The position numbers and the translations under genes were made by a program. Positions 1-13,449 of a DNA stretch of 64,000 nucleotides are shown piece after piece. Below the pieces are notes generated by a model. It made no database searches. It was not told the origin of the DNA and worked only from the letters and a program-made list of their open reading frames with translations. Origin of the DNA: Malacoraja senta (taxonomy: Eukaryota); assembly GCA_038087875.1 (NCBI GenBank), contig CM075991.1, forward strand, positions 496,001 through 560,000, given 5' to 3'. Position 1 is the stretch's first letter. Each line of letters begins with the position of its first letter.

Positions 1-17
1 TCATATTTTTTATTAAA

Positions 18-322
18 ATTTAGTTTAGTTTAGAGATACAGCACGGAGACAGGCCCTTCGGCCCACCGAGTCCACACCGACCAGCGATCTCTGCACACTA
101 ACACTATCCTACACACCAAGGACAATTTACAACTTTTACAGAAGCCAATGAACCTACAAAACTGTACGTGATTGGAGTGTGGGAGGAAACCGGAGCACCC
201 GGAGAAAATCCATGTAGGTCACGGGGAGAATGTACAAACTCCGTAGAGACAGCACCCCGTAGTCAGGGTCGAACCCAGGTCTCTAGCGCTGTGAGGCAGC
301 AACTCTATTACTGCGCCGCTGT
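18..322 (-). mobile_element. tRNA-derived V-SINE (HE1-like)
   Basis: tRNA-like head, V-domain gggtgctccggtttcctcccaca, CR1-type tail ending (TAAAC)n. Confidence 0.8.
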
Positions 323-724
323 GCTCCCCCCCAATTTAGTGACCCTGTTTTGTTCATTGTGTTAGCTATTGAGGACTGTATTTACAGACCTGTTGTGCTG
401 CTGCAATTAGGAATTTCATGCTTCCATTCTGATACATATGACAATAAAACACTCTTGACCTCAGAATGATACTGATCGAGTGGCAAGTCGGGCTGAGCTG
501 CGGCAGATGGAATTTAATTCCAGTAAGCGTGAGGTGATGCATCTTGAGCAGATTTTAATAAAACGAGGACATACACAAGGATAGTGCCCCGTGTGATATT
601 GAGGAGCAGAGCGTTTCTGGAGGTGAAGACTAGAGATGAGAGAAGGTGGCCGCACTGGTAGATAAGGTGGTGATGAAGGCATAAGGGGGGCTTGCTATCA
701 TCAACCAGGGTTACAATATGACAG

Positions 725-1180
725 AAGATAGACACAAAATGCAGGAGTAACTCACCGGGACAGGCAGCATCTCTGGAGAGAAGAAATGGGTGACTTTTCA
801 GGTCGAGACCCTTCTTCAGACTGATGTCAGGGGTGTGGGAGATGCATAGATAAGGAAGTGTAATGGTGTGAAAATAGGACAAAGGGAATGGAGATCAATG
901 AAAATGTAGAATAGATCAATGTTAGCTGGCAGAAGGTAACAACAACACAGCAAACAGAGATCAAATGTAGTCGTAAGACTGGTGGGAGAACTGAGAAGGG
1001 GGAGGGATGGAGAGAGAGGGAAAGCAAAGGCTACTTGAAGTTAGAGAAGTCAATGATCATACCACTGGGGTGTAAGCTGCCCAAGCAAAATATGAGGGGC
1101 TGTTCCTCCAATTTGCGCTGGGCCTCAGTCTGACAATGGAGGAGGCCCAGGACAGAAAGGTCAGATTGGGAATGGGAGTG
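725..1180 (-). mobile_element. Penelope-like 3' fragment
   Basis: Antisense of ...RKLEEQPLIFCLGSLHPSGMIIDF plus the pLTR shared with the other copies. Confidence 0.75.
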
Positions 1181-2538
1181 TTTAGGATGGAAGTACACTG
1201 TTATAAACCTTTGGCTAGAACCGCTGAAATATGATGTTCAGGTCTGGTCCATGGTGCAGGAGGGAGGGAGATTCACCAGGATGGTGACACAAGGAACTGC
1301 AGATGCTGGTTTGCTAAGAAACAAATGACACCAAGTCCTGGAGTAACTCAGCGGGCCAGGCAGCATCTGTGGAGAACATGGATAGGCAGTGTTTCAGTTT
1401 GGGTCCCTACATTAGACTGATTGTAGTAGAGGGGAGAAAGCTGGATGAGAGGATGGGCAGGCAAGATAGGTGGATAAAGGTGATGGGGAAGGAGGTGGGG
1501 TTGATAGGCAGAGGGCAGAGATGAAAAGACAAAAGGTGTGAGGTAGGGTGGAAGAGGTGGGAATTGTGAAGCCAGATTAAGTTATATCGGTGGAGGGGGG
1601 GAGGGAGGGGGGGGGGTTAATAGGGGAAGAAGAGTGGGAGAAGGACTGGATGGTGTTTTATCCTTTTTCATCCACATTCCTTCCTCTGGCTTCACAATCC
1701 GCTCTCTTTTATCCTTACCTCTTTTCATCTGTGCCCTTTATCCAACCGTCTGCCTATCAATATCCTCCCTCACCTGTATCCACCTATCACTCACCAGGTG
1801 CTGCCACACCCTCACCTCACATCCAGTTTTCTTCCTCCAGCACAATCAGTGTGAAGAAGGGTCCCAACCTGAAACGTCACCACTCCATGTTCTCCAGAGA
1901 TGCGGCATGAATCACTGAGTTCCCCCAGCACTCCGTGTCCTGTTTTCACCAGGATGTTGACAGGATGGGACTTCCCGAATGAGGGATGGCTGGGTCTGTG
2001 CTCCCAGGAGCGATGGGGCCTGACAGAGAGTACAAAACTACAGTAGAGTAGATAGCAGGAATCCTTGCTTGTGAAGGAGGCATTATAATCAGAGGGTGGG
2101 CAAATGGGAAAGGTTTCGAGGGGGTCTAAGGAAGATTATTTTCAGACAGAGGGTGGTTGTAATATTCAGTCTGGGTGGAGGCGGAGACTCTCATAAAGTT
2201 TACACAGGATGTGGACAGCATCGACTCACTGAGGCAGAGCAGGCCACCGACCACATGTTGGCAAAAGGATCAGCGTAGATGTACTGATGGGTAGCATGGG
2301 CAGGGTGGGCAGAAGGGCCTGCTTCTGTGCTGCGGGAGCTTTACGCTCAGCGCCTCCGTGATCTGATCACACTAGGGGCATTTTACAGAAGATGATGAAC
2401 CTACAGGGATGTGGGAGGAAACCGGAGCACCCGGAGGAAACCCACGCGGTCACAGGGAGAACGTGCAAACTTCACACAGATGTCACTTGAGGTCAGGATC
2501 GATCCTGGGTCTCTGGCACCGCTGCGTGACCAGCTCAC

Positions 2539-2601
2539 CATGCAGACCACCCACAACACCCTCCGCATGGGCCCAGCACAGCTCCCCCAGTGCAGGGGGT
2601 C
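2539..2601 (-). CDS. Possible further exon of the AFAP1-family gene, phase 1-1
   Basis: ctcccctgcag|GA...CAT G|gtgagc; 63 nt and open in frame. No recognisable homology; the acceptor is supplied by the adjacent minisatellite. Confidence 0.3.
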
Positions 2602-2602
2602 C

Positions 2603-3060
2603 TGCAGGGGAGTGATGCAGGGGAGTGATGCAGGGGAGTGGTGCAAGGGAGTGATGCAGGGGAGTGATGCAGGGGAGTGATGCAGGGGAGTGGTGCAAGG
2701 GAGTGATGCAGAGGAGTGATGCAGGGGAGTGATGCAGGGGAGTGGTGCAAGGGAGTGATGCAGGGGAGTGATGCAGGGGAGTGATGCAGGGGAGTGGTGC
2801 AAGGGAGTGATGCAGGGGAGTGATGCAGGGGAGTGATGCAGGGGAGTGGTGCAAGGGAGTGGTGCAAGGGAGTGATGCAGGGGAGTGATGCAGGGGAGTG
2901 ATGCAGGGGAAGGGTGCAGAGCAGTGGTGCAGGGGAGTGATGCAGGACAGTGGTGCAGGGGAAGGGTGCGGTGCAGTGGTGCAGGGGAGTGATGCGGGGG
3001 AAGGGTGCGGGGCAGTGGTGGCAGGGGAGTGGTGCAGGGGAAGGATGCAGGGCAGTGGCA
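2603..3060. repeat. 13-bp minisatellite (GTGATGCAGGGGA)n
   Basis: Direct inspection. Confidence 0.95.
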
Positions 3061-3244
3061 CTGAGGTAAAGGATCATTGAGTGACATGGACCAGTGAGTG
3101 AGCCGTGCGGTGCAGACTTGCATCAATACGGGCACCGTGTGGCACTCACCACACTGGGCACACACTCACCACACTGGGCATACACTCACCACACTGGGGG
3201 TGACCAAACTTCACCATGCCAGCCACACCTCACCGGGCACCTAC

Positions 3245-3433
3245 CTCTGAGTCGGCCGTCTCGGAGCTGGAGGAGAAACAGCGCCAGGCTGTGCCTGCAG
3301 GAGGCACGTTTGAAGGTCTTGCTGAGCGAGAGCAGGTTGAGCTCGGAGCCGGACTTCACCCTCTCCTTGGCACGGAGCACCGCCTGCTCCAGACGACGCA
3401 TCTTCTCCTCCAGACGTGGCAACGTCTTCCGTT
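3245..3433 (-). CDS. AFAP1-family gene, coiled-coil/leucine-zipper exon, phase 1-1
   Basis: gtgtgcag|AA...AGA G|gtaggt; ERKTLPRLEEKMRRLEQAVLRAKERVKSGSELNLLSLSKTFKRA aligns to the AFAP1 LEEKLKQLEE...ELELTEVKESLKKA segment. Confidence 0.75.
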
Positions 3434-4254
3434 CTGCACACACGCACACACGCACACGGTCAGTGGGGCAGGTCATGATCACTGGGTCATGGGTCAGTGT
3501 GGCTGGACCCACTGCTGGGGGATGGGGAGGGGGGATGGTGGAGAGGGAGAGGGGGGAGAGAGGGGGGGGAGGAGGAGGGGAGGAGGGGGAGGGATGTGAG
3601 GGGAGGGGGGAGGGGGATATGAGGGGAGGGGGAGGGGGATGTGAGGGGGAGGGGTGGGAGAGGGGGGTGACTGCGCTGGGACTACAGTTGGGGAGCAGGG
3701 TTGTTGGCCAAGAGTGAGGACTGGAGCAAGGAGTCACAGTAACCGTTGCTGAAGTAAACACACGGGTAAGCAGCAAGTGGAGGGACGGGGGTCACGTGCA
3801 GGCAGAGGAGATCAGTTTAACAGCATCATGTTGGGCATAAGCATTGTGGGCCGAAGGGCCTGCTCCTGTGCTGTACTGTCTTTCTCTTCAGTCCCTCCCT
3901 CCCCCCCACCGCATCCCTCTCCCTCCCCACACTCCCCTACCTTCTTCCCAATCTCCCTCCCCTCTGGACTCTGCCTCTCTATTTACGTTTGTATATCTCC
4001 CTGTTTACAGGCCACTCTTGTTTTTAACTCCTTCAAGTTCTCGCTCCACCTGCCTCTACAATCCCCTTCACCTCGACCCCACCGAGTCACGGACATTCAC
4101 ATCCCTGCCCTCCCTTGGCTCAAGCTGTCTATTCCTCCACTCTGGAACTCCCTCCTTGATCTTCCCCACCTCTGTATCTTTCATTCCTCCTCTGATAAAC
4201 ATCCCTCTTAGACCAAACCTCAGTGCGTCCTCTCTCACACCTTATTTCATCTGG

Positions 4255-4737
4255 TCATAGAGTGATACAATGTGGAAACAGGCCCTCCGGCCCAACTTGC
4301 CCACACCGGGCAACATGTCCCATCTACACTACTCGCACCTGCCTGCGTTTGGCCCATATCCCTCTAAACCTGTCCCATCCATGATCCTGTCCAAATGTTA
4401 CTTAAACTTACAATAGTACCTGCTGCAATGACCTCTGACAGCTTGCTCCATACGCCTACCACTCATTGTGTAACAAAGTTACCCCTCAGGTTCCCATTAA
4501 ATCTTTCCCCCCTCACCTTAAACCTACAGTATATCCTCTGGTTCTCGATTCCCCTACTCTGGGCAGAGACTCTGTGCATCTACCCGTGAATCCTCTCATG
4601 ATTTTATATGCCTCTATAACATCACCCCTAATCCTCCAGCATTACAGTGTTCTAGCCTATCTAAGCTCTCCCTACAGCTCAGGCCCTCGCGTCCTGGCAA
4701 CATCCTCGTCAACCTTCTCCGCACCCTTTCCAGCTTG
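4255..4737 (-). mobile_element. CR1 3' fragment (decayed)
   Basis: KLERVRRRLTRMLPG... and the same 3' UTR as the other copies. Confidence 0.75.
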
Positions 4738-4783
4738 GTGTTAAATGTTGTTTGACGATGTTCGTGGTGAACACCCCACTTAC

Positions 4784-4961
4784 CAGGCAAAGGATCCATC
4801 GCTTCTTTGAAGTCTTTCTTGTCTGTCTGTGTGGATTGGTGTCGGGCAGCTGCCCTTTCAACTTCAGGTGCTTTCCTTTCCAATTCACCCCAAGATGTTA
4901 GAAATCTGGCTTCAGGAAATGCAGTTGGGAAAGTAATACATGAATGGAAGCAGCACACTAG
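4784..4961 (-). CDS. AFAP1-family gene, coiled-coil exon 1, phase 0-1 (acceptor position uncertain)
   Basis: Strong donor CCT G|gtaagt. ...ELERKAPEVERAAARHQSTQTDKKDFKEAMDPLP resembles the AFAP1 coiled coil (...ERKDLRAAIE...). The acceptor catcag at 4962 was chosen for phase compatibility. Confidence 0.6.
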
Positions 4962-5372
4962 CTGATGCTCAGTATCAACGTGCAGAAGAAGTCTGTGGAA
5001 TCCTTTGCCACAGAAGGCTGTGGAGGCCAAGTCAATGGGTAGTTTTTAAGGCAGAGATAGATAGATTCTTGAATAGTACGGGGTGTCAGGGTTATGGGGA
5101 GAAGGCAGGATGGGGAGATAGATCAGCCCATGATTTGAATGGTGGAATAGACCATGGTGGAATTCATGACCTTATGAAGAGGCTTTTGGATAGGCACATG
5201 GATATAGAGGGAATGGAGGGATATGGATCCCGTGCAGACAGATTAGAGCTGGTCCTGACATCATATACGGCACAGACATTGTGGGCCGAAGGGCCTTCTC
5301 CTGTGCTGTACTGTTCTATGTTTTATGGTTGAAAACACTTAACCACTCAAGCAGCAGCTTGTGGTATGTTAT

Positions 5373-5682
5373 TGCGGCACAGTGACGCAGCGGGTAGAGC
5401 TGCTACATCACAGCGCCAGTGTCCCGGGATTGGCCCTGACTACAACTGCTGTCTGTTTGGAGTTTGTACATTCGCCCTGTGTTAACGTGGGTTTCCTCCG
5501 GGTGCCCCGGTTTCCTTCCACATCCCAAAGACGTGCGGGGTTGTAGGTTGATTGGCCCTCTGTCAATTGCCCCTTGTGGATGTGAAAGTGGGATAACATA
5601 GATCTAATGTGAAGGGGTGATGGATGGTCAGCGTGTACTCAGTGGGTCAATGGACCTGTTTCCCTGCTGTATCTCTCTAAAC
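5373..5682 (+). mobile_element. tRNA-derived V-SINE
   Basis: Same head, V domain and tail architecture. Confidence 0.75.
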
Positions 5683-6439
5683 ATTTACAGGACAAGGCAA
5701 GCCCTATTTGCCTGCACGTGATCCATGCCTCTCCATTCATGCGCCTATCTAAAAATCTTGAAATGCTCCTATTTTATGGGCTGAACATGGGCATTTCCAC
5801 AGTGTCTTTTACCTAGAGATGGGGCATCAAAAACCAGACCAGACAACTGTATATAAAGACCACAAAAACCTGTGTGGAATGGGCTGCTAGAGGAGGGTAG
5901 TTGAGGCAGGGACTATAACAGCATGCAAAAGACATTTGAACAGGTAGATGAATGGAAAGGTTTAGAGGGATATGGGCCAAATATGGTACTGGCATAGTTG
6001 GGGCATCTTGGTTGGCTTGGGAAAGTTGGGCCGAAGGGCCTGTTTCCGTGCTGTACAACTCCATGACTATGACTGTAAATGGGGCAACTCTGTTTGCACG
6101 GAGGAGTTGAGCTGCAGGTCCCGTTTCTGCGCTGTATGATTCTATTTCTATCAGCGGACCTTCAGACTATTGGGTGAGTCCCTGCATCAACCTTTACCTT
6201 GGTAACACTTTAGACTTTAGCGATACAGCATGGAAACAGGCCCTTCGGCCCTCTGAGTCCACGCCGACCAACGATCACCCCGTACACTAGCGCTACCCTA
6301 CACACTGGGGACAATTTTCAATTTACAGAAGCCAATTAATCATGTGATCATCTGAGGGTTGGAACCATCTGCATGGTGTTGACCAAGCACTGGTGTCCTG
6401 AACCTCCCTCCCCATGGTCCACGTGAAGGGCGGCATGGT

Positions 6440-6850
6440 GTATAAAGACCACCACTGTATATAAAGACCACCACTGTATATAAAGACCACTGTATATAAT
6501 GACCACCACTGTATATAAAGACCACCACTGTATATAAAGACCACCACTGTATATAAAGACCACTGTATATAAAGACCACCACTGTATATAAAGACCACTG
6601 TATATAATGACCACCACTGTATATAAAGACCACTGTATATAAAGACCACCACTGTATATAAAGACCACCACTGTATATAAAGACCACCACTGTATATAAA
6701 GACCACCACTGTACATAAAGACCACTGTATATAAAGACCACCACTGTATATACAGACCACTGTATATAAAGACCACCACTGTATATAAAGACCACCACTA
6801 TATAAAGACCACCACTATATAAAGACCACCACTGTATATAATGACCACCA
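6440..6850. repeat. 16/19-bp minisatellite (GACCACCACTGTATATAAA)n
   Basis: Direct inspection. Confidence 0.95.
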
Positions 6851-7835
6851 TGGGACAGGTCACAGTTGGCCCCAGCTGGATCATCGATTGATCACCGGTT
6901 CACACTAGTTCCATGTTTTCCCACTTTCTCATCCACTCCCTACACACCAGGGGGCAATTTACAGAGGGCTAGTCAATCTACAAACCCACACATCTTTGGG
7001 ATGTGGGAGGAAACCAGAGCAGCCGGAGGAAACCCACGCGATCACAGGGAGAACGTGCAAACTCCACACAGACAGCAGCCGAGGTCAGGATTGAACCGGG
7101 ATCTGGCGCAGTCTTGCAGACCCAGTCCATCCCTGCGTGTCCCTGGAGAGGGAGGACGTGGTGTCCACGGGGACTCTGGGGGTCTTCCGAGAACGCTGGT
7201 CACTGCGGGGACGATGTGGATGATGGTTCAGTTCAGTTTAGTTTAGAGAAACAGCAGGGAAACAGGTCCTTCCCTCCTCCCCCCGCGCCCCCCCCCCCCC
7301 CCCCCCCCCCCCCCGAGTTTGCACCGACCAGCAATCCCACACACTAACACTATCCTACACACACTAGGGACAATTTACACAAACACCAAGCCAATTTACC
7401 TACAATCCTGTACCATATAACCATTACAGCACGGAAACAGGCCATCTCGGCCCTTCAAGTCCGTATTGAACACTTCCCCCCCCCCCCCCTTCTTTCTTCC
7501 CCCTAGTCCCATCGACCTGTACGTCTTTGGCGTGTGGGAGGAAACCGAAAATCTCGGAGAAAGCCCAAGGGAGAAGGTAGAAACTCGGTACAGGCAGCAA
7601 CCTGTAGTCGGGATCGAACCCGGGTCTCTGGCGCTGCAGCTCTGCAACGCAGCAATTCCACGTGTACCGAGCTACAGTAAAAAGCTTTTGTAGTTGTAGT
7701 TTGATGCTTGATGTTTGCAAACTGTGCAAGCAGTTTTGATTTACGCAGTACTTTGTAACTGTGATTATGCAATAAAAGCTTCTTGTTATGGAGAATAAAG
7801 AGGGGTAAAAGTGGCGGGTGCCTGGATTGACTTAC

Positions 7836-7950
7836 CACTGGGCAGGGTGTTGTACCTCCCCCTTGGCTGCTATTGGTGCGCTGGTCATTCTCTGCCAATC
7901 TGATGCCTTTCTCTGTCTCCCAGCGGCTGGTTGGGCAGAGCCAGCCTCTG
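7836..7950 (-). CDS. AFAP1-family gene, internal exon, phase 2-0
   Basis: tttgcttgcag|C...GTG|gtaagt; 115 nt open in the required frame (RGWLCPTSRWETEKGIRLAENDQRTNSSQGGGTTPCPV). Unique sequence between repeats. Confidence 0.6.
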
Positions 7951-9823
7951 CTGCAAGCAAATGATAGATAACGTCACTCAGTGAGGGTGGGGGAGCTTGC
8001 AGGAAATATGGACGCAGAGGGTGGGCATGCTAGCTCCTGGGAGTACAATAGGATGAGGGGTGATCGTATAGAAGATAGACGCAAAAAGCTGGAGTAACTC
8101 AGCGGGAAAGGCAGGATCACCCTTCTTCTGACGCCCTGACTCGAAACGTCACCCATTCTTTCTCTCCAGAGATGCTGCCTGTCCCGCTGAGTTACTCCAG
8201 CTCTTTGTGTCTATCTTCGGTTTCAACCGGCATCTGCAGTTCCTTCCTACACACAGTGATCTTATAGAGGTGTCGTTTACCCAGAGTAGGGGAATCCAAA
8301 ATCAGAGGTTTAAGGTGGGAGGGAAAAGATTTAATAGGAACCTGAGGGACAACTTTTTCACACAGAATTGCATTGGCTACATGGAACGAGCTGCCAAAGG
8401 AGGTAGTTGAGGCAGGTACTACAACAACAGTCAAGACACACTTGGACAGGTACTTGGATAGGAACGTTTTTACAAGGAAATAGGCCAAACACGGGCAGGT
8501 AGGGACTAGCGTTGATGGTCAGCATGGGCAAGTCGGGCTGAAGGGCCTGGGTCCATGCTGCCTGACTCTATGACGATCTACTGTGATACAGTGATTGGCC
8601 CTTTGTAACTCTGCTGCACCATTACACTGGCTGGGATTCTGCTTCTCAATAGCAGGACAAAGGTTAGACATTGATGCAGCAGCAGTGACAATGTACAGCC
8701 CTGACTGCCCACTGCAGGTGACAGGGACAATGTACAGCCATGACTGCCCACTGCTGGTGACAGGGACACTGCTGGCGTGGGTGCTCATGGCATCTTGCCC
8801 TGAGAAAGGGAATGGCATCGATGGCTTCCTGGTTCACCAGGTGATGGGTCCATGGGATCATTGTGGCACTGACACACCTCTCTGAATGCAGGCCAGACCA
8901 TCACACAAACCAACATCCCTTCCACTGACTCCATCTACACGTCACGCTGCCTTGGCAAGGCCAGCAGCATCATCAAGGACGAGTCACATCCTGGTCACTC
9001 CCTCTTCTCCCCTTTACCATGCACTAAACGTTATTCCCTTATCATGTATCTGTACACTGTAAACAGATCGATTGTAATCACGTATTGTCTTTCTGCTGAC
9101 TGGTTAGCACGCAACAAAAGCCTTTCACAGTACCCCGTTACACATGGCAATAAACTAAACTAAACTCAAGCCCCAAACACCCTTCCTGACAGAACATGTC
9201 GGGTATCTCACAGACCAATGGCAGGAACATTGAAACCTCCAGATTTAGATGGCACACCACCACCACCACCACCCCCCCCCCCCCCCATGACCTCTCCTGT
9301 GCCCCACCCTTGTACGTGCCTATCTTTCCCACTATCCTGTCCCCCTCACCTCGCCCCTCCCCTTTCCAAACGTATCCTTCTGGCTTTACACCTTTCTCTC
9401 TTCCTCCTTACACAGTATCTCCTTTTCATCTCCAGCCTTTATCCACCCATCTGACAAATACCCCCCCCCCCCACCTGCATCCACCTATCACTCGCCAAGC
9501 TTTGTCCCTCTTTGTCTAGCTTTAACTCTGCTATAACGAGTCTAATCTAACGTCACCTCTCTATGTTCTCCAGACCTGCTGCCTGACACCAGCTCTGTGT
9601 TCTAGTAGACCAGCATGCGTGTTCTTCAGTAAACCAACACGCGTGTTCATGCATCTCCATGCTCATATGTTCATAAGTTCTAGGTACAGAATTAGGCCAT
9701 TCGGCCCATCAAGTCTACTCCGCCATCTAATCATGGCTGCTCTGCCTTTCCCTCTCAACCCCATTATCATGCCTTCTGCCCATAACCCCTGACACCCAAA
9801 CTAATCAAGAACCTGCCAATCTC

Positions 9824-10023
9824 NNNNNNNNNNNNNNNNNNNNNNNNNNNNNNNNNNNNNNNNNNNNNNNNNNNNNNNNNNNNNNNNNNNNNNNNNNNNN
9901 NNNNNNNNNNNNNNNNNNNNNNNNNNNNNNNNNNNNNNNNNNNNNNNNNNNNNNNNNNNNNNNNNNNNNNNNNNNNNNNNNNNNNNNNNNNNNNNNNNNN
10001 NNNNNNNNNNNNNNNNNNNNNNN
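9824..10023. other. Assembly gap (200 N)
   Basis: N run. Confidence 1.
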
Positions 10024-10124
10024 CCTGCAGCTTTATCCTATCTACACCCTAAATGATTATCCGTACCTCAATCATATTTGCTCTTAACTTCCTCCACTCC
10101 AGAGAACAGACTCAGCCCCTCCTA

Positions 10125-10570
10125 GAGTCATAGTGTGGAAACAGGCCCTTCGGCCCAACTTGCCCACTCCGGCCAACATGTCCCAGCTACACGTCCCACC
10201 TGCCCGCGTTTGGTCTATGTCCCTCCAAACCCGTCCTATCCATGTACCTATCTAACTGTTTCTTAAACGTTGGGATAGTCCCAGCCTCAACTACCTCCTC
10301 TGGCAGCTTGTTCCATCCACCCACCACCCTTTGTGTGAAAAAGTTACCCCTCAGATTCCTACTAAATCTTTTCTCCTTCACCTTAAACCTATGTCCTCTG
10401 GTCCTCGATTCCCCTACTCTGGGCAAGAGATTCTGTGCGTCTACCCGATCTATTTCTCTCATGATTTTATACACCTCTATAAGATCACCCCTCATCCTCA
10501 TGTGATCCAAGGAATAGAGACCCAGCCTACTCAACCTCTCCCTGTAGCTCACACCCTCTAGTCCTGGCAA
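10125..10570 (-). mobile_element. CR1 3' fragment
   Basis: LPGLEGVSYRERLSRLGLYSL...FFTQRVVGGWNKLP. Confidence 0.85.
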
Positions 10571-10669
10571 TGGTGGATCTGTGTCTCTGTGCTGCAGTGG
10601 GGGCTGCGGTGGTGAGATGAATGAATGCGATGGTGGAACGGTGACGGTGGCGAGTGGTGGACTGCAATG

Positions 10670-10945
10670 GTGTAGCTGCAGCAGTGGGGTTACAGCAGTG
10701 GGGCTGCGGTGGTGGTGCTGCAGGAGTGGGGTTACAGCAGTGGGGCTGCAGTGGTGGTGCTGCAGTGGTGGGGTTACAGCGGTGGGGCTGCAGCGGTGAA
10801 GCTGCGGTGGTGGACCTGCAGCAGCGGTGGGGTTGCAGCGGTGGTGCTGCAGCAGTGGGGTTACAGCAGTGGGGCTGCGGTGGTGGACCTGCAGCAGCGG
10901 TGGGGTTGCAGCGGTGGTGCTGCATTGGTGGGGTTGCATTGGTGG
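10670..10945. repeat. Degenerate GCAGCAGTGGGG minisatellite
   Basis: Direct inspection. Confidence 0.85.
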
Positions 10946-10955
10946 GCTGCCTGAC

Positions 10956-11101
10956 CTGACGGGTCCATTGCCGGCACCATTCCGCGCTCCGGTTGCAAGG
11001 GACGTGTCTTCGTAGGCGTGGTCCGGGTCTGGGTCTACATCAGCTCCGCCCGCTGCCGAGAGCAGCCGCAGCCAGCGTCCCCTCTCCTCCGGCGAGACAG
11101 C
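10956..11101 (-). CDS. AFAP1-family gene, PH2 C-terminal helix exon, phase 0-2
   Basis: cccacag|GCT...GTC AG|gtcagg; 146 nt, AVSPEERGRWLRLL...DPDPDHAYED. This is the PH terminal helix (A.S.EE.GRW..LL) plus the DP...Y motif seen in AFAP1/AFAP1L2. Confidence 0.85.
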
Positions 11102-11704
11102 CTGTGGGTGGGGACAGGCGGCCCTGTGACCTCGTCCAGAACACACACCCCAAATCCAGCCCCCCACCGACACTCCCCCTAAACTCCCACCCATCTACCT
11201 CTCCTGCCAGGCTCATCTACCCCTAAACCCCCCCAGTCCATCTTCCCCCCTGGACCCTTCCCCCAGCCACCTCCCCCTCCCCCCTCCACCCCCGTCCCTT
11301 CCCTTCTCCCCCTAAACCCCCCCAGTCCATCTCTCATCTCCCTTGGCTCGTCTCCCCCCTACCCACCCCCCTCCTCTATAAGGGAGTCCTCCCACTACAT
11401 TGGGGAGCTCAGGTGGGTGAGGAGGGGGGGGGGAGGGAAGAGGGTGGGTGGGGAGGGAAGGAGGGGGGGATCTCCCTGTCGGTTTGTTCCTGGGCCTGAC
11501 CAAGATGGCCATTCGTGGGTCGAGGCAGCGGGCAGCCGAGGGTTCTGCCCGTCACCCACCTGCCCCTCTTCTGTGCCCACATCCGTGCTCGCATTTCCCT
11601 GGAGAGGGAACACATGGTGACCATAGGGTCTCTGGAGGCCCTCCGTGAACACCAGTGTCATTGTGGTGTTGAATCGTCAGCTGCTGGCAACGACTCTAAA
11701 CCAG

Positions 11705-12130
11705 GTGGCAAGAAATTACAGAGAAATGATAAAGAAACCATTGAATTGTGAACACAGCCCAGGCCATCACACAAACCAACCTCCCTCCTATTGACTCCGT
11801 TGATACATCACGCTGCCTCGGCAAGGCCAGCAGCATAATCAAGGACGAGACGCACCCCGGCCACTCCCTCTTCTCCCCTCTCCCATCGGGCAAAAAGTAC
11901 AGAAGTGTGAAAACACACTCCTCCAGATTCAGAGACAGTTTCTTCCCAGCTGTCATCAGGCAACTGAACCATCCCACCACAACCAGTGAGCATTGCTGAA
12001 CTACTAAAGTATCTACGTCATTGGAGACCCTTTTTGATCAAACCTTACCAGTTTTATCTTTCACCAAACGCTGTTCACGTTGTTCCCTTATCATGTATCT
12101 ATACACTGTGAATGGCTCGATTGTAATCAC
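11705..12130 (+). mobile_element. Rex1/Babar-like LINE 3' fragment
   Basis: AITQTNLPPIDS...HPGHSLFSPLPSGKKYRS...FRDSFFP. Confidence 0.75.
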
Positions 12131-12352
12131 AGTACAGCCGTGTTACACGCAGTACACATCCGTGTTACACTGTACACATCCGTGTTACACTGTACACATC
12201 CGTGTTACACTGTACACATCCGTGTTACACACAGTACACATCCGTGTTACACTGTACACATCCGTGTTACACTGTACACATCCGTGTTACACTGTACACA
12301 GCCGTGTTACACTGTACACATCCGTGTTACACGCAGTACACATCCGTGTTGT
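12130..12352. repeat. 20-bp minisatellite (CGTGTTACACTGTACACATC)n
   Basis: Direct inspection. Confidence 0.95.
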
Positions 12353-12483
12353 ACATGCCCCCCTCTCTGTGTGTCGCATGGTATTTGTGTCTGGACATTG
12401 GGTGGTCCAGCACGTGTGAACGGCCCCCTCCCCGTCCCACCCCCTGTGAGGGGAGTGAGTCTCGGGAGACCATATGGTCTGTT

Positions 12484-13410
12484 CACACACACACACGCAC
12501 TCACCAACACACACCCCCACACACACACCCCCACACATACCCACACACACCCCCACACACACCCCCACACACACACACGCACTCACCAACACACACCCCC
12601 ACACACACCTACACACATACCCACACACACCCCCACACACACCCCCACACACACACACGCACTCACCAACACACACCCCCACACACACCTACACACATAC
12701 CCACACACACCCCCACACACACCCCCACACACACACACGCACTCACCAACACACACCCCCACACACACCTACACACATACCCACACACACCCCCACACAC
12801 ACCCCCACACACACACACGCACTCACCAACACACACCCCCACACACACCCACACACACCCCCACACCCACACACACACACCCACACACATACCCACACAC
12901 ACACACGCACTCACCAACACACCCCCGCACACACCTACACACCCACACACACACACCCACACATACCCACAGACACCCCCCCCACACACACGCACTCACC
13001 AACACACCCCCACACACACACACACACACACACCCACACATACCCACAGACACCCCCCACACACACCCCCACACACACACACACACCCACACATACCCAC
13101 AGACACCCCCCACACACACACCCACAAACACCTACACACCCCCACACACACACACACACACACACACACCCACACACACACCTACACCCCCCACACCCAC
13201 ATACACCCACACACACACCTACACCCCCCACACCCACACCCACACACCCCACACACACACACACGCACTCACCAACACACACCCACACACACACCTACAC
13301 CCACCCACCCCCACATACACCCCCCCACCCCCACACCCCCACATACACCTACAGACACCCCCCACATACACCCCCCCACCCCCACCCCCCCACATACACC
13401 TACACACACA
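12484..13410. repeat. CA-rich compound repeat with an 81-bp higher-order unit at its 5' end
   Basis: gcactcaccaacacacaccccc recurs every 81 bp between about 12497 and 12840. Confidence 0.9.
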
Positions 13411-13449
13411 CTCTCTCTCGCATGCCCTCTACAGTGGGGGGGTCCTTAC

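Noticed and set aside
6440..6850. Regular repeat array as a CRISPR candidate
   Set aside because: Head-to-tail units with no unique spacers, no cas genes and a vertebrate context.
8581..8799. Candidate - strand exon with a good acceptor (ttccctttctcag)
   Set aside because: Stops in the phase required by the upstream exon, has no clean donor, and the model closes without it. It cannot be fully excluded because a gap lies upstream.
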